From: the human T2T-CHM13v2.0 reference genome, Homo sapiens
DNA length: 64,000 bases
NCBI RefSeq assembly: GCF_009914755.1
Contig: NC_060930.1
Direction: 5' to 3' (one strand)
Shown: positions 30,102 through 46,429 of the stretch, one piece after another
How positions within the stretch are numbered: position 1 is the stretch's first letter
Layout: each line of letters starts with the position of its first letter
Position numbers and translations under genes: made by a program
The notes under the pieces: model-generated
Database searches by the model: none
What the model saw: the letters and a program-made list of their open reading frames with translations, nothing else
Told to the model about the DNA's origin: nothing

Positions 30102-33100
30102 TCACATTAATGGATGCACCGTGTACTGCACTTGTTGGGGTGTTTCTATAATACAAGCTTCAGACCTCCCCAGGAGGAGGGTGCCGTCATTATTCCTATG
30201 TTATAAATTCTGCAAAGTCAGATTGCCAGACAGTCAGTGACCAGCCTAGGCTGCAAGTTAGGAGGTGACAGTGTTGGGATCTATCCAGAAAGGGGTTTCT
30301 CCGGGGCCACTATTTCAGGGGGTGGGAGGTAAAATTGGCAATGTCTATCTTTTCTTAAACTGTGGTGTCAGTTTGCTTGCTTTTCTTAGTCCCAGCCATG
30401 TGGCTAGAATTTGGGGACCTCTAATAATTGGAAATAATTGCCTCTTGCCATTCCACCTCCTGCAATGTAACTTTTCTCTCTGATTTGTGAATACCTGCCC
30501 CCCAATAAGACCTGTCTTCCTCATCTCTCCTTCCACCTGGGCCTGTCCCACTTGCTGTTTGCTGAGCTGACCCTTGAGGGCTCCTGCCCCGTTCTTCCCT
30601 ATCTCACTCAATTGCCATTGTCCCCAACACCCATGCCATGGCAGAAGGTTCTACCAAAACTTGCATCCCCCAGTCCCCAAGGATGCTGGGCTCTGGCAAG
30701 ACATTAAAAAGGCGACCCTGCCCAAGGTGCTCCGGTCAGATCCCTTGGAGATGCCCTAGTTGTCCAGCGCCTCCTGGAGATGTTCTCCACCTTAATTAGC
30801 AAATTAGAGGTTCTAAGTGAAGCCCAGCAGCAAGGACACCTCTTTGCCTTTCTTTACACAAGGTTTCCCAAACTCATCTGACACGGAGGGCAGTTTTTTG
30901 AGGGACATCTGTTGACAGGCGGTGGTGCACCTAAGTTCTAATGCAGTTCGAGGTGTGTGTGCTGCTTTTAGGAAAATGTTTTGTGCAGGGTTTGCAAAGT
31001 GGTTGTGGTGGAGATGAAGGGAGGAAAAAGAGGAGGGTAACCTCCAGAAGAAGAAAAACATAGCTTTGTCTAAGTGATGAGGCAGAAAATACAGATACAA
31101 GTCAGGCCTCAGAAGGAGCTTATGCCTCAGACACTGGGAAGGTGGGAGAACGGTCCTTACAGAGCCTTGGACAAAAGGCTTCGCCTTGGAAACAGGGCTC
31201 ATGCAGATGTGAGGGATGGTCATCATCCTCTTTTCCATCCTAAATACCTTTGGGTTTATCTTTGTGTATCCCTAAGGATAGAGATGAGAAGATGAAGGCA
31301 AATTCCTTGGCTTGTAAAAACTAGGCTTGAGAATGGCTAGTGAAAAAAAAATCACTTTAAAATAAGAATCCTAGCTTTTATAATTATGCTAGTTTAAAGG
31401 TATTGTCTTCTACTTTATCTAGTTAATAATAAAATGCAATGGTGACTGAGAGGTCAATGAATCATCAGAACCCTCACTGAGGGCTAGCTCTGTGCCAAGC
31501 ACTGGCATAAGTGCTTATGATGCATCGTGTCATTTAATCCTCATAACAACACTATAAGACAGACACTATTGTTACCATCACTTTCCTTGTTTGTAAAATA
31601 AGGGTGTCTACATCCTAGGTTTATTAGGTGAATTAGAGGAAGTAGATATATAATAAATGGAAGCTACTCTGCAAAGACAGAAAAAATGCCAGAAGGCATT
31701 GCATACGAATGTGAATGTGTAGTGTGTGTGTGTATTAACGATTTCCCTGATTGTCAAGACTGCAAGAATGTGCCAGGAACAGTTGGTCTAGGACAAGCAT
31801 CAGCTAGAGCACTCGGAGGGAGGTAAGAAAAAGGGAAGGAGGAGTGAGGACAAGGGAAGTGCAGTGAAATCTTTTAGCAGAAATCATCTGGCCAATAGAT
31901 CCATGAGAAGAGAACATTAATGATGATCACTTTGGATGCGGGCCAGAGATGCATTGAGGCAAAATGCAGGAGGGAAATTCGAGCATCAGGAACACATCAG
32001 AGAGGAGCTGAGCTGGCCAAGGTGAGGTGAATGGGAGAAGAAGCCTTGAAGCCAGCCACAAGCAACTTCACAGCCTGCCATGGGTGCAGGAACCTGGAGC
32101 TTCCTTCTGGGGAAGCACTGTCCTCTGTGAGCGGAGACCGCCAAACAGAAGCAGGCTGGGGCTGTTCCAGGAAGCGCAGGCCCAGAGAGGAGAAAACAAC
32201 TGCACGGCTTTCCCAGAGCCTGGCAGAGTAATTCCTGTTTCTCTACAGTTATGCTGCGTGCTCTGGCATCTTACATAATTCAGGGCCACAGGCAACATTT
32301 TAGTGCAGTGAGAGACATATCCAAAGCCAGATTATATTTTCTGAGATTCTTCTGCAGCCTCTGGGTGCAAAGTCAAAAATATCTTTCCATTAACTAGGAT
32401 GTAATAAGAGAGCCCTTTTATGTTGGACGAAGCCTCTCATTCTTCTGGCTTTAGCTCCACTGTCACCTCCCCTGTCCTCCCCCTCTTACCTTGTGTAATG
32501 TGTCCTCAAACCCTAGTGTTCTCGGCTCTCCCTAACACATACCTGGTTTTATTTCCTCTTCCTTGTCACAGTACTAGTTACTGTGTGACATTATCTTCCT
32601 TGCTGGAATGCAAGCTCCATGAGAACAGAGACATGTTGTCCACCTCTGCATCCCCAGGCCCTGAAACCCAGCCTGGCACAGAGGATCTGAAGGATTGAGG
32701 TTTGGAGAAGCATTTTGCTTTCAGCCAGAGACAAAACTTTCCTCTTCATAATAGTCCAGTTTAGGACATTTTATGTTCAACTAAGCCTAGCTGTGAAAGT
32801 GCCTCCCCAGTAACCATTCATTCAAATCATCTCATGCTGTTGGAAACCCCATAATGTTCCAAACACCGTGCTAGGCACTAGGCACAGAGGAGAAACAGTC
32901 TTTCCCTCACTGGTGCAGAAGGAACACGTGAAGAGCAATGGCAGCACACAGGTGCTCACCACAGATGCTGGGACGGAGGTTGGCCTGCAGTGCATGGGGA
33001 AAGGAAGGGGCATGGGAGGCCTCTCGGAGTTTTTGGAGCGAGGGCAAGACCAGGGATGCAGGTGGGGGGCTTGGCTTGTTGGAGGAACTGCTGGCAGGTC

Positions 33101-36100
33101 CCTGGCCTCTGCATACAATACCTGTGGGGGCATGCTCAGGAGGTGCAGTGACCAGGTGCCGAAAAGCCACTTAGCAAGAGGCTTTGTGAGTTAGGACTGG
33201 ATGCCCTGGAGGCCACAGGGAGAGGGGGGGGGGTGGGGCTTTTAAGCAGTGCTGGGAGAGGCTCAGGTTTACATTTCAGATATTACTTTGGCAGCAAGGC
33301 AGGGGCTAGACTGAGGGAAGGAGGGCCTGAGGAGGTGAGGTGGAATTGGGAAGCTAGAGCAAGTATTTTTCCAGGAGAAAACTAATCATAGCCCAAACTA
33401 ATAGCAGTAGTATGGCAGGAATAACAGAATTACTAGTAATAGGGGAAACTTTTATTGGACACTTATTATGTGTCAGGCACTATATTAAGAGTTGTACACA
33501 CCAGATAATATTTAATTTTTAGGCTACAGAGCTGGAGGGGAGGGGATGCATTCGAGAACAATTTCAGAGGGGACATTTAGAGGATTTGTTGCTTAACTCA
33601 TTCTTAAGTAGCTAAATTTGAGTGGATGGTGGTTCTCTTCACCAGAGTAGGGGGAGTGGGAGAAACGGACCTGAGGTGAGGGAGAGAGTGAGAGGTGTCA
33701 TTTGGGAAGTTCCGTGTCAGGTTTCTGTAGGACATTTAGGTAAAGTCCCGGTGGAGACACAGACATGGGGTGATGGTACATATGTGAACATTAACACCAG
33801 CTATGTGGGAAGAACATCAGGTGGGTGGGAATGGAGCCCAAGGATAGATGCCTAGAATGAAATGGAATTTGAAAAGGGTGAAGAAAGGGGAAAAGCTTAT
33901 AGTCAAAAAGAGGTAGGAAAAGAGGGTCAGGCAGGAGGGGGTGGAACCAGGAGAAAGTAACATTGTAGAAACAAAGAAAAGACAGAATTGCAAGCAAAGG
34001 GAGTGAACAACAGCACCAGGAAGTATAGGAAGGTCAAGTAAGCTGAAGTCTGCAAAATGTTTCTTCCCTGTGACAATTGGGTGGTCTTGGCAACCTTGAG
34101 AACAACTTCAAGGAAGTGCTGGTAGCAGAAATCAGGACAGAGTGTGCGCGGAAGGAGTGGAGAAGGAACACAGCAGGACGCAAGTCCAGGCAGCGCTCCA
34201 GGACGGCAAGGAGGCGAGGAGGAAGAGACAGTGGTGAAAAAGATTTTTGTAATTTTTGTTTTTAACACAGCAGATATTTGAGCCTGCTTAAATGCTGATT
34301 GGAAGGAGAAAATAGAGAGGGAGAGGTGGAAATAACAGTGACCCTGGAAGTAACTGAAGGAGCAAAGAGGGAATGGAATCAAGACACTGTTATCAAAGAA
34401 GATATATTGCCACAGGAGAAGTCTTCAGAAATTCTGATTTTCAAAGTCTTATCGTTTCTTAATTATATATCTTGAAAAAAGTTATAAAGTTAATAATAAG
34501 CTTTAGTAAGTTGAAGTGAACCTGATCTTTCCATGATTTAATTCATTAAAATAGTTAAGTCCTAAATCTAGTAATAATTTGTTTCCTGTGATTCTACTCA
34601 TTTCCATATTTTGGTATCTACACTCAGCATTTGTGGATCAGAGAAATTATAAGAGATTCAACGGTGAGAATCAGGGTGGTAAGTACTGAGCCACGGATAT
34701 GACGAGTCCTCACTGCATGCCAGTGGCCAATGGCGGCCATCAATCCTTCTACCCGCCACATTCAGATGCAGTCTTGGTGTTCTTCTCAAAACAACATTCT
34801 ACTTGGTCACTTCCAAAGTTCCAGTTTGAAATGTGTATGCCACCCTTGATTAAGAAACTATCCACTTGGGGTCAAACTCCAGCCCCGAAGCAGGATGAGT
34901 CGTCGCTTACAACCATCTATGTGGATTTAGGGATTCTTCTAGTTGGACCAGACCTCCACACTGTCCCTCTCCCTCAGCCTTGCCTCCTTGCTAAACTCTA
35001 GAGGCCTGGACCTCAGATGTCTTCCTCATGCAGTGCGGACACATTTTGTTTTAATTTGTTATCCACCCCCAGCCAAGCCCCTGACTCCTGTTTCGTGGAC
35101 TGGGTTTTAGTCTTTCCTCTCGTGGCATCTGATTCTGTCCCATTCCTGAGTTGGCCTTCACTGTCACCTCCATGCTGACAGCTAATGGCAGCTGTGCTCG
35201 GCTCCATGGTTTCCAAGAGACATCTGTCATGTGGACAGCTCGCTTCCTGCTGCCCCTAGCTGCCTGTAGGTGCAACTTTTCTTCACTACTCTGTCTGGTC
35301 AGGACTTCTTCCAAATACGAGAGTTCTCACCACAGTCCTTGCCTTACTGCCTTTTCTTGGGGACCTCTTTCCCCAGCTTCATCTGCCAATTCTTGTGTGT
35401 CCTTTGGGCTTAGTGAGCCCATCACTAACTTCCTCCACGAGGTCTTCCCCAACTGCCGATTCTTGGCTGAGAGCCTTTCTCTGTGCCCGGCAGCACCCGT
35501 CCACCCTGTGCCAGAGCAATTCTCACCCAGCACAGTGAGGGCTGCCTTCTGCTTTTCTCCCCAGCTGCATGGGAAGGCAGGGCTGTACATGTATCCAGCT
35601 CTACACAGCACTGGAAGATGGCAGATGGTAAGAGCCAGCTGTCGTGTGGATGTATGTATGAATGAGTGGATGTTGCAGCTAACTTTTCTATGAACTTGCT
35701 TTTTTGTTTCTCCAAACCTTTTTTTGCTTATAACTCTACAGTAAGAGGGCATTGCTTGTTTGTTTTGTTTTATTTGCACTTATATTGTTTTAAATTTTCC
35801 TTTAAGGAAAAATCCAAATGACAAAAAAATACCACCTTTGTATCTGTGTTGTGCAATGGATGATAACCAACAGAAGAGGAAAATGAAGCATTTAAAAAAT
35901 ACAGTGAAAATTCACTAGTTCAGATAACAAAAATTCTGACTTTCTGAGACTATGCACAAGTGTTCTCAATTCAGCAAGCTTCTTCTTTGTAGTGCAAATT
36001 ACTTTTGTAAATAAGAGCAGGGAGACTGTCTAAACTATTTAAAATAAATTCTGCACTCCTTAGCACTTCATGGATTCCAATGAATATTTAGGTATATGCT

Positions 36101-37120
36101 AATTACTTGTCATTTTTATCCATTTACTAAAAATAAATACTCCTAAGAACCTCTGGCAGTGAATCATTTGCAAAATATGTTGCATGTTCCCCATCAGGAC
36201 ACTCACGGTCCTCCAGTTCTGGCCACTGCTGGCCTCGGGCAGCTTTGTCTTCAGTCACTGGGCATTCTGAGCCTGCAGGATCCCCCTAAACATACCGGGC
36301 TGCTGCACGCCCTGTAACTTTGGTCATGTTCACACTGTCTGGAAACCCCTGTCCAGCTTCTTTAACCGAGGTCCACGACTTCTCTTCTCAAGTCTTTTTC
36401 TGAATCAGTTGGACTAAATGCCCCTACTTATTGTTTCCAAAGACCCCTCTGCACAATAATCCTGTCACTCGGACCAGGACAGGAACTGAGTCCTGCTCAC
36501 TGCTGGAATCGCCAGCACCAAACCAATTGCAGGCATAGAGCGGACACTAAGCATTGATTGAGATAGAATTAAACTCAGTAGTGCCATTTGAAACATTCTA
36601 TGCAATAAAAGTTAACAAAAACCCACCATGACATTATTTTGGAATTGAAACTGGCCTTCGACCTAATTGTCCTGAGTTAGAGAGATTGCATTGTCCTATT
36701 AATATTGTATTATCTACGTTGTAGTCTTCCATGATAATGTAATAGAACAATGTATGTGGAAATAATTGGTAAAGTACTAAACAAATGTGAAGTAGTTATT
36801 TTAATTTCTATTATTGGACTAAAATTACATTAGTTATACAGTGTTTTCTAATAGGATTATTTAAAATTAAGGTTCTTGTGAGCAAGAACATATTCTATAT
36901 TCTGTTAAATTAGGTATGACTTTAAACCAAATCATTTTACAAGCCACGTGAATGAGAATTCTGCCCAAAGCAAGCTAGCAAAGAAAACTACAATGAAAAA
37001 TTGCATATGTGACGTGTCTTTCACACGTGAAAGTTTATACTTCTGCTGTTGCTACCAAATGCTGCAAATGCCAGTGCATTCTCTGGAACTCATCTCTGAG
37101 TGACAATGAATAAGTACTCA

Positions 37121-37399
<279 letters not shown>

Positions 37400-37559
37400 C
37401 TAGAGATCTCTGGAGCTGACATGCCCCTTTCTTCAACAACATTGGATTCGTATCATAGGGCCAAACAGGTTTTGAAAATATTCTAAAGGCGAATCTAGTT
37501 GATTTAGTAGTACTTTAAATAAAGATTATTTGAGGCTGAGATAATAAACTGTCTAAGAA

Positions 37560-38060
37560 GCAACCATTTTTCTCCCTCCTCTGTCCTTGTGATAAGTCCT
37601 ACCTCTCACAGGAGAGAAGACAATGCCATGCCACCATGCCCATCGCTTGCTTCCCTGGACTTCTTTTGGGCTAACTGTGGCTATGTGACCTACTGCCAGG
37701 AGGAAGAGGAAGTCTGCTAGGTGGCTTCTGGGAAACATTTTTCCCCTTTGAAAAAGGAGAGAGGTACATGGATGAGTTTGTCCTTCCCCTTCTGCTTTCA
37801 GCTGTTTTCAGGTGTTTTCAGGTGAAGGGATGCTTGAAGCTGCTGTGGCCATCGTGAGACAGTGAACAGAAACACTGCTGACAATGAGAAGGTGGCAGAG
37901 TAGAAAGCTGAGAGGCGTTTGGGGATTTGGGGGCCTTAATGATGCTGTTAAATGGCTAAGCCCGCATCAGGACCACCTATTTCAGGATTTCTTATATGAG
38001 AAAATCAGTCCCCATCTGTTTCAGCCACATTAGTTCTGCTACTTGAAGCCAAAAGTATTT
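37560..38060. mobile_element. Old MLT1-type LTR fragment
   Basis: Motifs gctgctgtggccatcgtgagacagtga and a tttcagccac...tgctacttgaagccaaaag end. Highly diverged. Confidence 0.5.
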
Positions 38061-40615
38061 AAATTGAACAATAATATTAGATGATCTAGGAGGAATTCAG
38101 GCTATTTTCTATTGGTTCAGCAACTAAAATGTGCTATTTGTGGGACTCAGAAATAGTGTCTTGGGGCCATGCTGTCTGCCCCCAAGCTCTCCCAAGGCTC
38201 TGCTTTACTATTCTACTTTCTAGAGACAATGACTAATGTGTGCCTGAAAGCTGACTGTACCAGAGTCCTTTATTACATATTTTATAATCACTTTCTTGAA
38301 GGTTCCAGTTATTATCATGGAAGCAGGTAGGAAGCATGAATTGTACTGCTAATAGTCATTGATGTATTTACTAAATGTTTCCCAAGCTCCTCTCCAAGCC
38401 TCAGTTACCCACTCTTTAAATAGGGTGATAATAACTCCTTCTTCATAGGACGATTGGCAGAATTAACAGAAACAAATGCACACACATTACTTATCATAGT
38501 GTCTGGCATAGAGTAAATGCTCAGTAAATGTTATTGATAATAATATTGAATAGTATTGCCAGATATTGTTTAAGGATTCAGAATCCTAATGATGAACAAA
38601 ATAGATTTGGTTGCTGCCATTAGAGAGTTTATGCTTTAGTAAGCATGATTCTGTGCATCAGAGTCACCTGGAGAACTTTAAACAAAAATAGACGCCTGAT
38701 TAAGGAGGTGGGACCTAAATCACGTGAGGCCCTAAATCCATTATATTTTACAAAAAGTCTCACATAATTCTGTTAGATAGTCAGGCTTGAGAAGCCCTGC
38801 AATACAGTGCGATAAGTACCATGAAAGAATAAGTACAAGATACTTTGGGAGCACATGGGGCAGTGGAGTCAAGGGTTGGCTAGAAAGTAACAGCCAAGGT
38901 GAAACCTAGATGGCATTTGAGAGGAATACTAGATTTGCTGCAAGAAACCTGGGTTCCGATAGTGGGTGTGTCCTTGTAGAAAGTGCATGTTAATCTCTAT
39001 GAACTTCAGTTCCTGATTCTATAAAATAAAAATGATTAAATTTGTTCTGCCAATTTTATGGGAGCATTTTAGGCCAGAGTGAGATAAGATCTATGTGAAC
39101 ATGACTTGTAAATTTCAAAATTGAGTAAAAATATAATAGTCATCATTAGGTAATGGGGAAACTTGAAGATATATCCCTAGGTTTTAAAGTTGAGGTTAAA
39201 GAGAGCAATTTTACTTTCTCACAGAATGTTCTGAGTGCACATGAAGTCGGATTTCTACTAAGGGGGAGATAGCCAACATTTGTTGCATACCTACAATGTT
39301 TCAGGGACATTTTATAAAGGATTTAGTTTGAACCTCACAACAACAAGCCTGTGAGGTATATATTGTAACCGTATTATGGATGAGGGCACCAAGACTCAGA
39401 AGGGGGAGGCAAAGTGTTTGTGGTTTCATGGCTAGGAGCTGCTGGAGAAGCAGCTCAAGCCCTGGGACAGCCCATAACCTGGCCCTTGGCCTTCACGGCA
39501 CACCGCCTTTCCCACACCACCCTGCGGGAGCATGAGCCCCAGCTTGAGTGGTGAGATGGTTCCACACTTGCGGCTCAGATTTCTGAGGGTGATAAACGGT
39601 GGCCCTGCCCCTCAGCAGAGCAGCCAGAACTCAGGGGTGCTAGCCACATGTTGTGAAAGGCTGAAATGTGAAGTCAGGAATCAGGACAGGAGAGGACGCA
39701 GCAGATACCTGTGGAATATTTGTCATTTTGGAAGCTTTAAATGAGCTGTCTGAGAATTCGGGCATTCCCTCTGGAGGAAGCCATGTAAGTACAAACAGCG
39801 ACCCCCTCTACTTTCAAATCGTAGCAACAATAATGATAAATAACTTCTTAATAACAATCCTTATAACAGCTTGTGGTTTTCCAGGGAAACAAGCAAAATA
39901 TGAAAGTGGCTGATTCCTGCCCCCCCACCTTGAATATGGCTTCAGAAATTCCTGTAGGCTGAAATCTCAGGACAGACCAACAGCACTGTCCTTTGCGGAG
40001 AGAGGAGACGAGAAACACCTGTATGGGGTGGCTTTTGTATATGTGTGTTGGGGTGGGATGTGGAGGGAAATTATTCTTTCCAAGCGACATTAGCAAGCTT
40101 TCTTTTTGGTTTCGGCCTGTAGTGGAATGGTTCTCTATTCTGGTTGTACTAGGGAATCATCTAGGAGCTTAAAAAAGCATGGAATGATTGGCCCCACCCA
40201 AAATCAATTGACGCTCTATGGTAGAACAATAGATAAGTTCAGAGTGTATGGCAAGGATTATTGGACTTAGGCTGTGTGGCTCTGGATGAGTTACTGAATC
40301 TCTCTCTCTTTTTTTTTTTATTATACTTTAAGTTCTAGGGTACATGTGCACATTGTGCAGGTTAGTTACATATGTATACATGTGCCATGCTGGTGCGCTG
40401 CACCCACTAACTCGTCATCTAGCATTAGGTATATCTCCCTATGCTATCCCTCCCCCCTCCCCCCACCCCACAACAGTCCCCAAAGTGTGATGATATTCCC
40501 CTTCCTGTGTCCATGTGATCTCATTGTTCAATTCCCACCTATGAGTGAGAATATGCGGTGTTTGGTTTTTGGTTCTTGAGATAGTTTACTGAGAATGATG
40601 ATGTGATCTCATTGT

Positions 40616-44441
<3,826 letters not shown>

Positions 44442-44504
44442 TATGATGTTAGCTGGTTATTTTGCTCGTTAGTTGATGCAGTTTCTTCCTAGTCTCGATG
44501 GTCT

Positions 44505-45521
44505 TTACATTTTGGCATGATTTTGCAGCGGCTGGTACCGGTTGTTCCTTTCCATGTTTAGCGCTTCCTTCAGGAGCTCTTTTAGGGCAGGCCTGGTGGT
44601 GACAAAATCTCTCAGCATTTGCTTGTCTGTAAAGTATTTTATTTCTCCTTCACTTATGAAGCTTAGTTTGGCTGAATATGAAATTCTGGGTTGAAAATTC
44701 TTTTCTTTAAGAATGTTGAATATTGGCCCCCACTCTCTTCTGGCTTGTAGAGTTTCTGCCGAGAGATCCGCTGTTAGTCTGATGGGCTTCCCTTTCAGGG
44801 TAACCCGACCTTTCTCTCTGGCTGCCCTTAACATTTTTTCCTTCATTTCAACTTTGGTGAATCTGACAATTATGTGTCTTGGAGTTGCTCTTCTCGAGGA
44901 GTATCTTTGTGGCGTTCTCTGTATTTCCTGAATCTGAATGTTGGCCTGCCTTGCTAGATTGGGGAAGTTCTCCTGGATAATATCCTGCAGAGTGTTTTCC
45001 AACTTGGTTCCATTCTCCCCATCACTTTCAGGTACACCAGTGAGACGTAGATTTGGTCTTTTCACATAGTCCCATATTTCTTGGAGGCTTTTCTGGTTTC
45101 TTTTTATTCTTTTTTCTCTAAACTTCCCATCTTGCTTCATTTCTTTCATTTCATTTTCCATCGCTGATACCCTTTCTTCCAGTTGATCGCATCGGCTCCT
45201 GAGGCTTCTGCATTCTTCACGTAGGTCTTGAGCCTTGCTTTTCAGCTCCATCAGCTCCTTTAAGCACTTCTCTGTATTGGTTATTCTAGTTATACATTCT
45301 TCTAAATTTTTTTCAAAGTTTTCAACTTCTTTGCCTTTGGTTTGAATGTCCTCCCGTAGCTCAGAGTAATTTGATCGTCTGAAGCCTTCTTCTCTCAGCT
45401 CGTCAAAGTCGTTCTCCGTCCAGCTTTGTTCCTTTGCTGGTGAGGAACTGCGTTCCTTTGGAGGAGGAGAGGCGCTCTTCTTTCTAGAGTTTCCAGTTTT
45501 TCTGCTCTGTTTTTTCCCCAT
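44505..45521 (-). CDS. L1 ORF1p, full-length open frame (338 aa)
   Basis: ORF track MGKKQSRKTG...PLQNHAKM. REKG and ARR motifs intact; YPAKLS reads YSAKLS. Confidence 0.92.
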   Translation of the reverse strand: MGKKQSRKTGNSRKKSASPPPKERSSSPAKEQSWTENDFDELREEGFRRSNYSELREDIQTKGKEVENFEKNLEECITRITNTEKCLKELMELKSKAQDLREECRSLRSRCDQLEERVSAMENEMKEMKQDGKFREKRIKRNQKSLQEIWDYVKRPNLRLTGVPESDGENGTKLENTLQDIIQENFPNLARQANIQIQEIQRTPQRYSSRRATPRHIIVRFTKVEMKEKMLRAAREKGRVTLKGKPIRLTADLSAETLQARREWGPIFNILKEKNFQPRISYSAKLSFISEGEIKYFTDKQMLRDFVTTRPALKELLKEALNMERNNRYQPLQNHAKM

Positions 45522-46429
45522 CCTTGTGGTTTTATCTACTTTTGGTCTTTGATGATGGTGATGTACAGATGGGTTTTTGGTGTGGATGTCCTTTCTGTTT
45601 GTTAGTTTTCCTTCTAACAGACAGGACCCTCAGCTGCAGGTCTGTTGGAATACCCTGCTGTGTAAGGTGTCAGTGTTCCCCTGCTGGGGGGTGCCTCCCA
45701 GTTAGGCTGCTCGGGGGTCAGGGGTCAGGGACCCACTTGAGGAGGCAGTCTGCCCCTTCTCAGATCTCCAGCTGCATGCTGGGAGAACCAGTGCTCTCTT
45801 CAAAGCTGTCAGACAGGGACATTTAAGTCTGCAGAGGTTACTGCTGTCTTTTTGTTTGTCTGTGCCCTGCCCCCAGAGGTGGAGCCTACAGAGGCAGGCA
45901 GGCCTCCTTGAGCTGTGGTGGGCTCCACCCAGTTCGAGCTTCCTGGCTGCTTTGTTTACCTAAGCAAGCCTGGGCAATGGTGGGCGCCCCTCCCCCAGCC
46001 TCGCTGCCGCCTTGCAGTTTGATCTCAGACTGCTGTGCTAGCAATCAGCGAGACTCCGTGGGCGTAGGACCCTCCGAGCCAGGTGCGGGATATAATCTCG
46101 TGGTGCGCCGTTTTTTAAGCCCGTCGGAAAAGCGCAGTATTTGGGTGTGAGTGACCCGATTTTCCAGGTGCCATCCGTCACCCCTTTCTTTGACTAGGAA
46201 AGGGAACTCCCTGACCCCTTGTGCTTCCCGAGTGAGGCAATGCCTCACCCTGCTTTGGCTCGCGCACGGTGCGTGCACCCACTGACCTGTGCCCACTGTC
46301 TGGCACTCCCTAGTGAGATGAACCCGGTACCTCAGATGGAAATGCAGAAATCACCAGTCTTCTGCGTCACTCATGCTGGGAGCTGTAGACTGGAGCTGTT
46401 CCTATTCAGCCATCTTGGCTCCTCCCTCC
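45522..46429. promoter_or_regulatory. L1 5' UTR internal sense promoter and antisense promoter
   Basis: Complete 5' UTR, relatively CpG-rich, YY1-like CAAGATGGC near 46409-46417. Activity is not shown by sequence. Confidence 0.7.
45977..46150 (+). pseudogene. L1 ORF0 (antisense ORF), truncated to 57 aa
   Basis: MVGAPPPASLPPCSLISDCCASNQRDSVGVGPSEPG...SEKRSIWV*. Matches primate ORF0, with a premature TGA at 46148-46150. Confidence 0.85.

Noticed and set aside
33215-33240. G-run that might form a G-quadruplex
   Set aside because: A single isolated run with no supporting context.
35013-35779. Overlapping 150-180 aa ORFs on both strands in intron 11
   Set aside because: No recognisable domain or splice structure. 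Consistent with chance in moderately GC-rich DNA.
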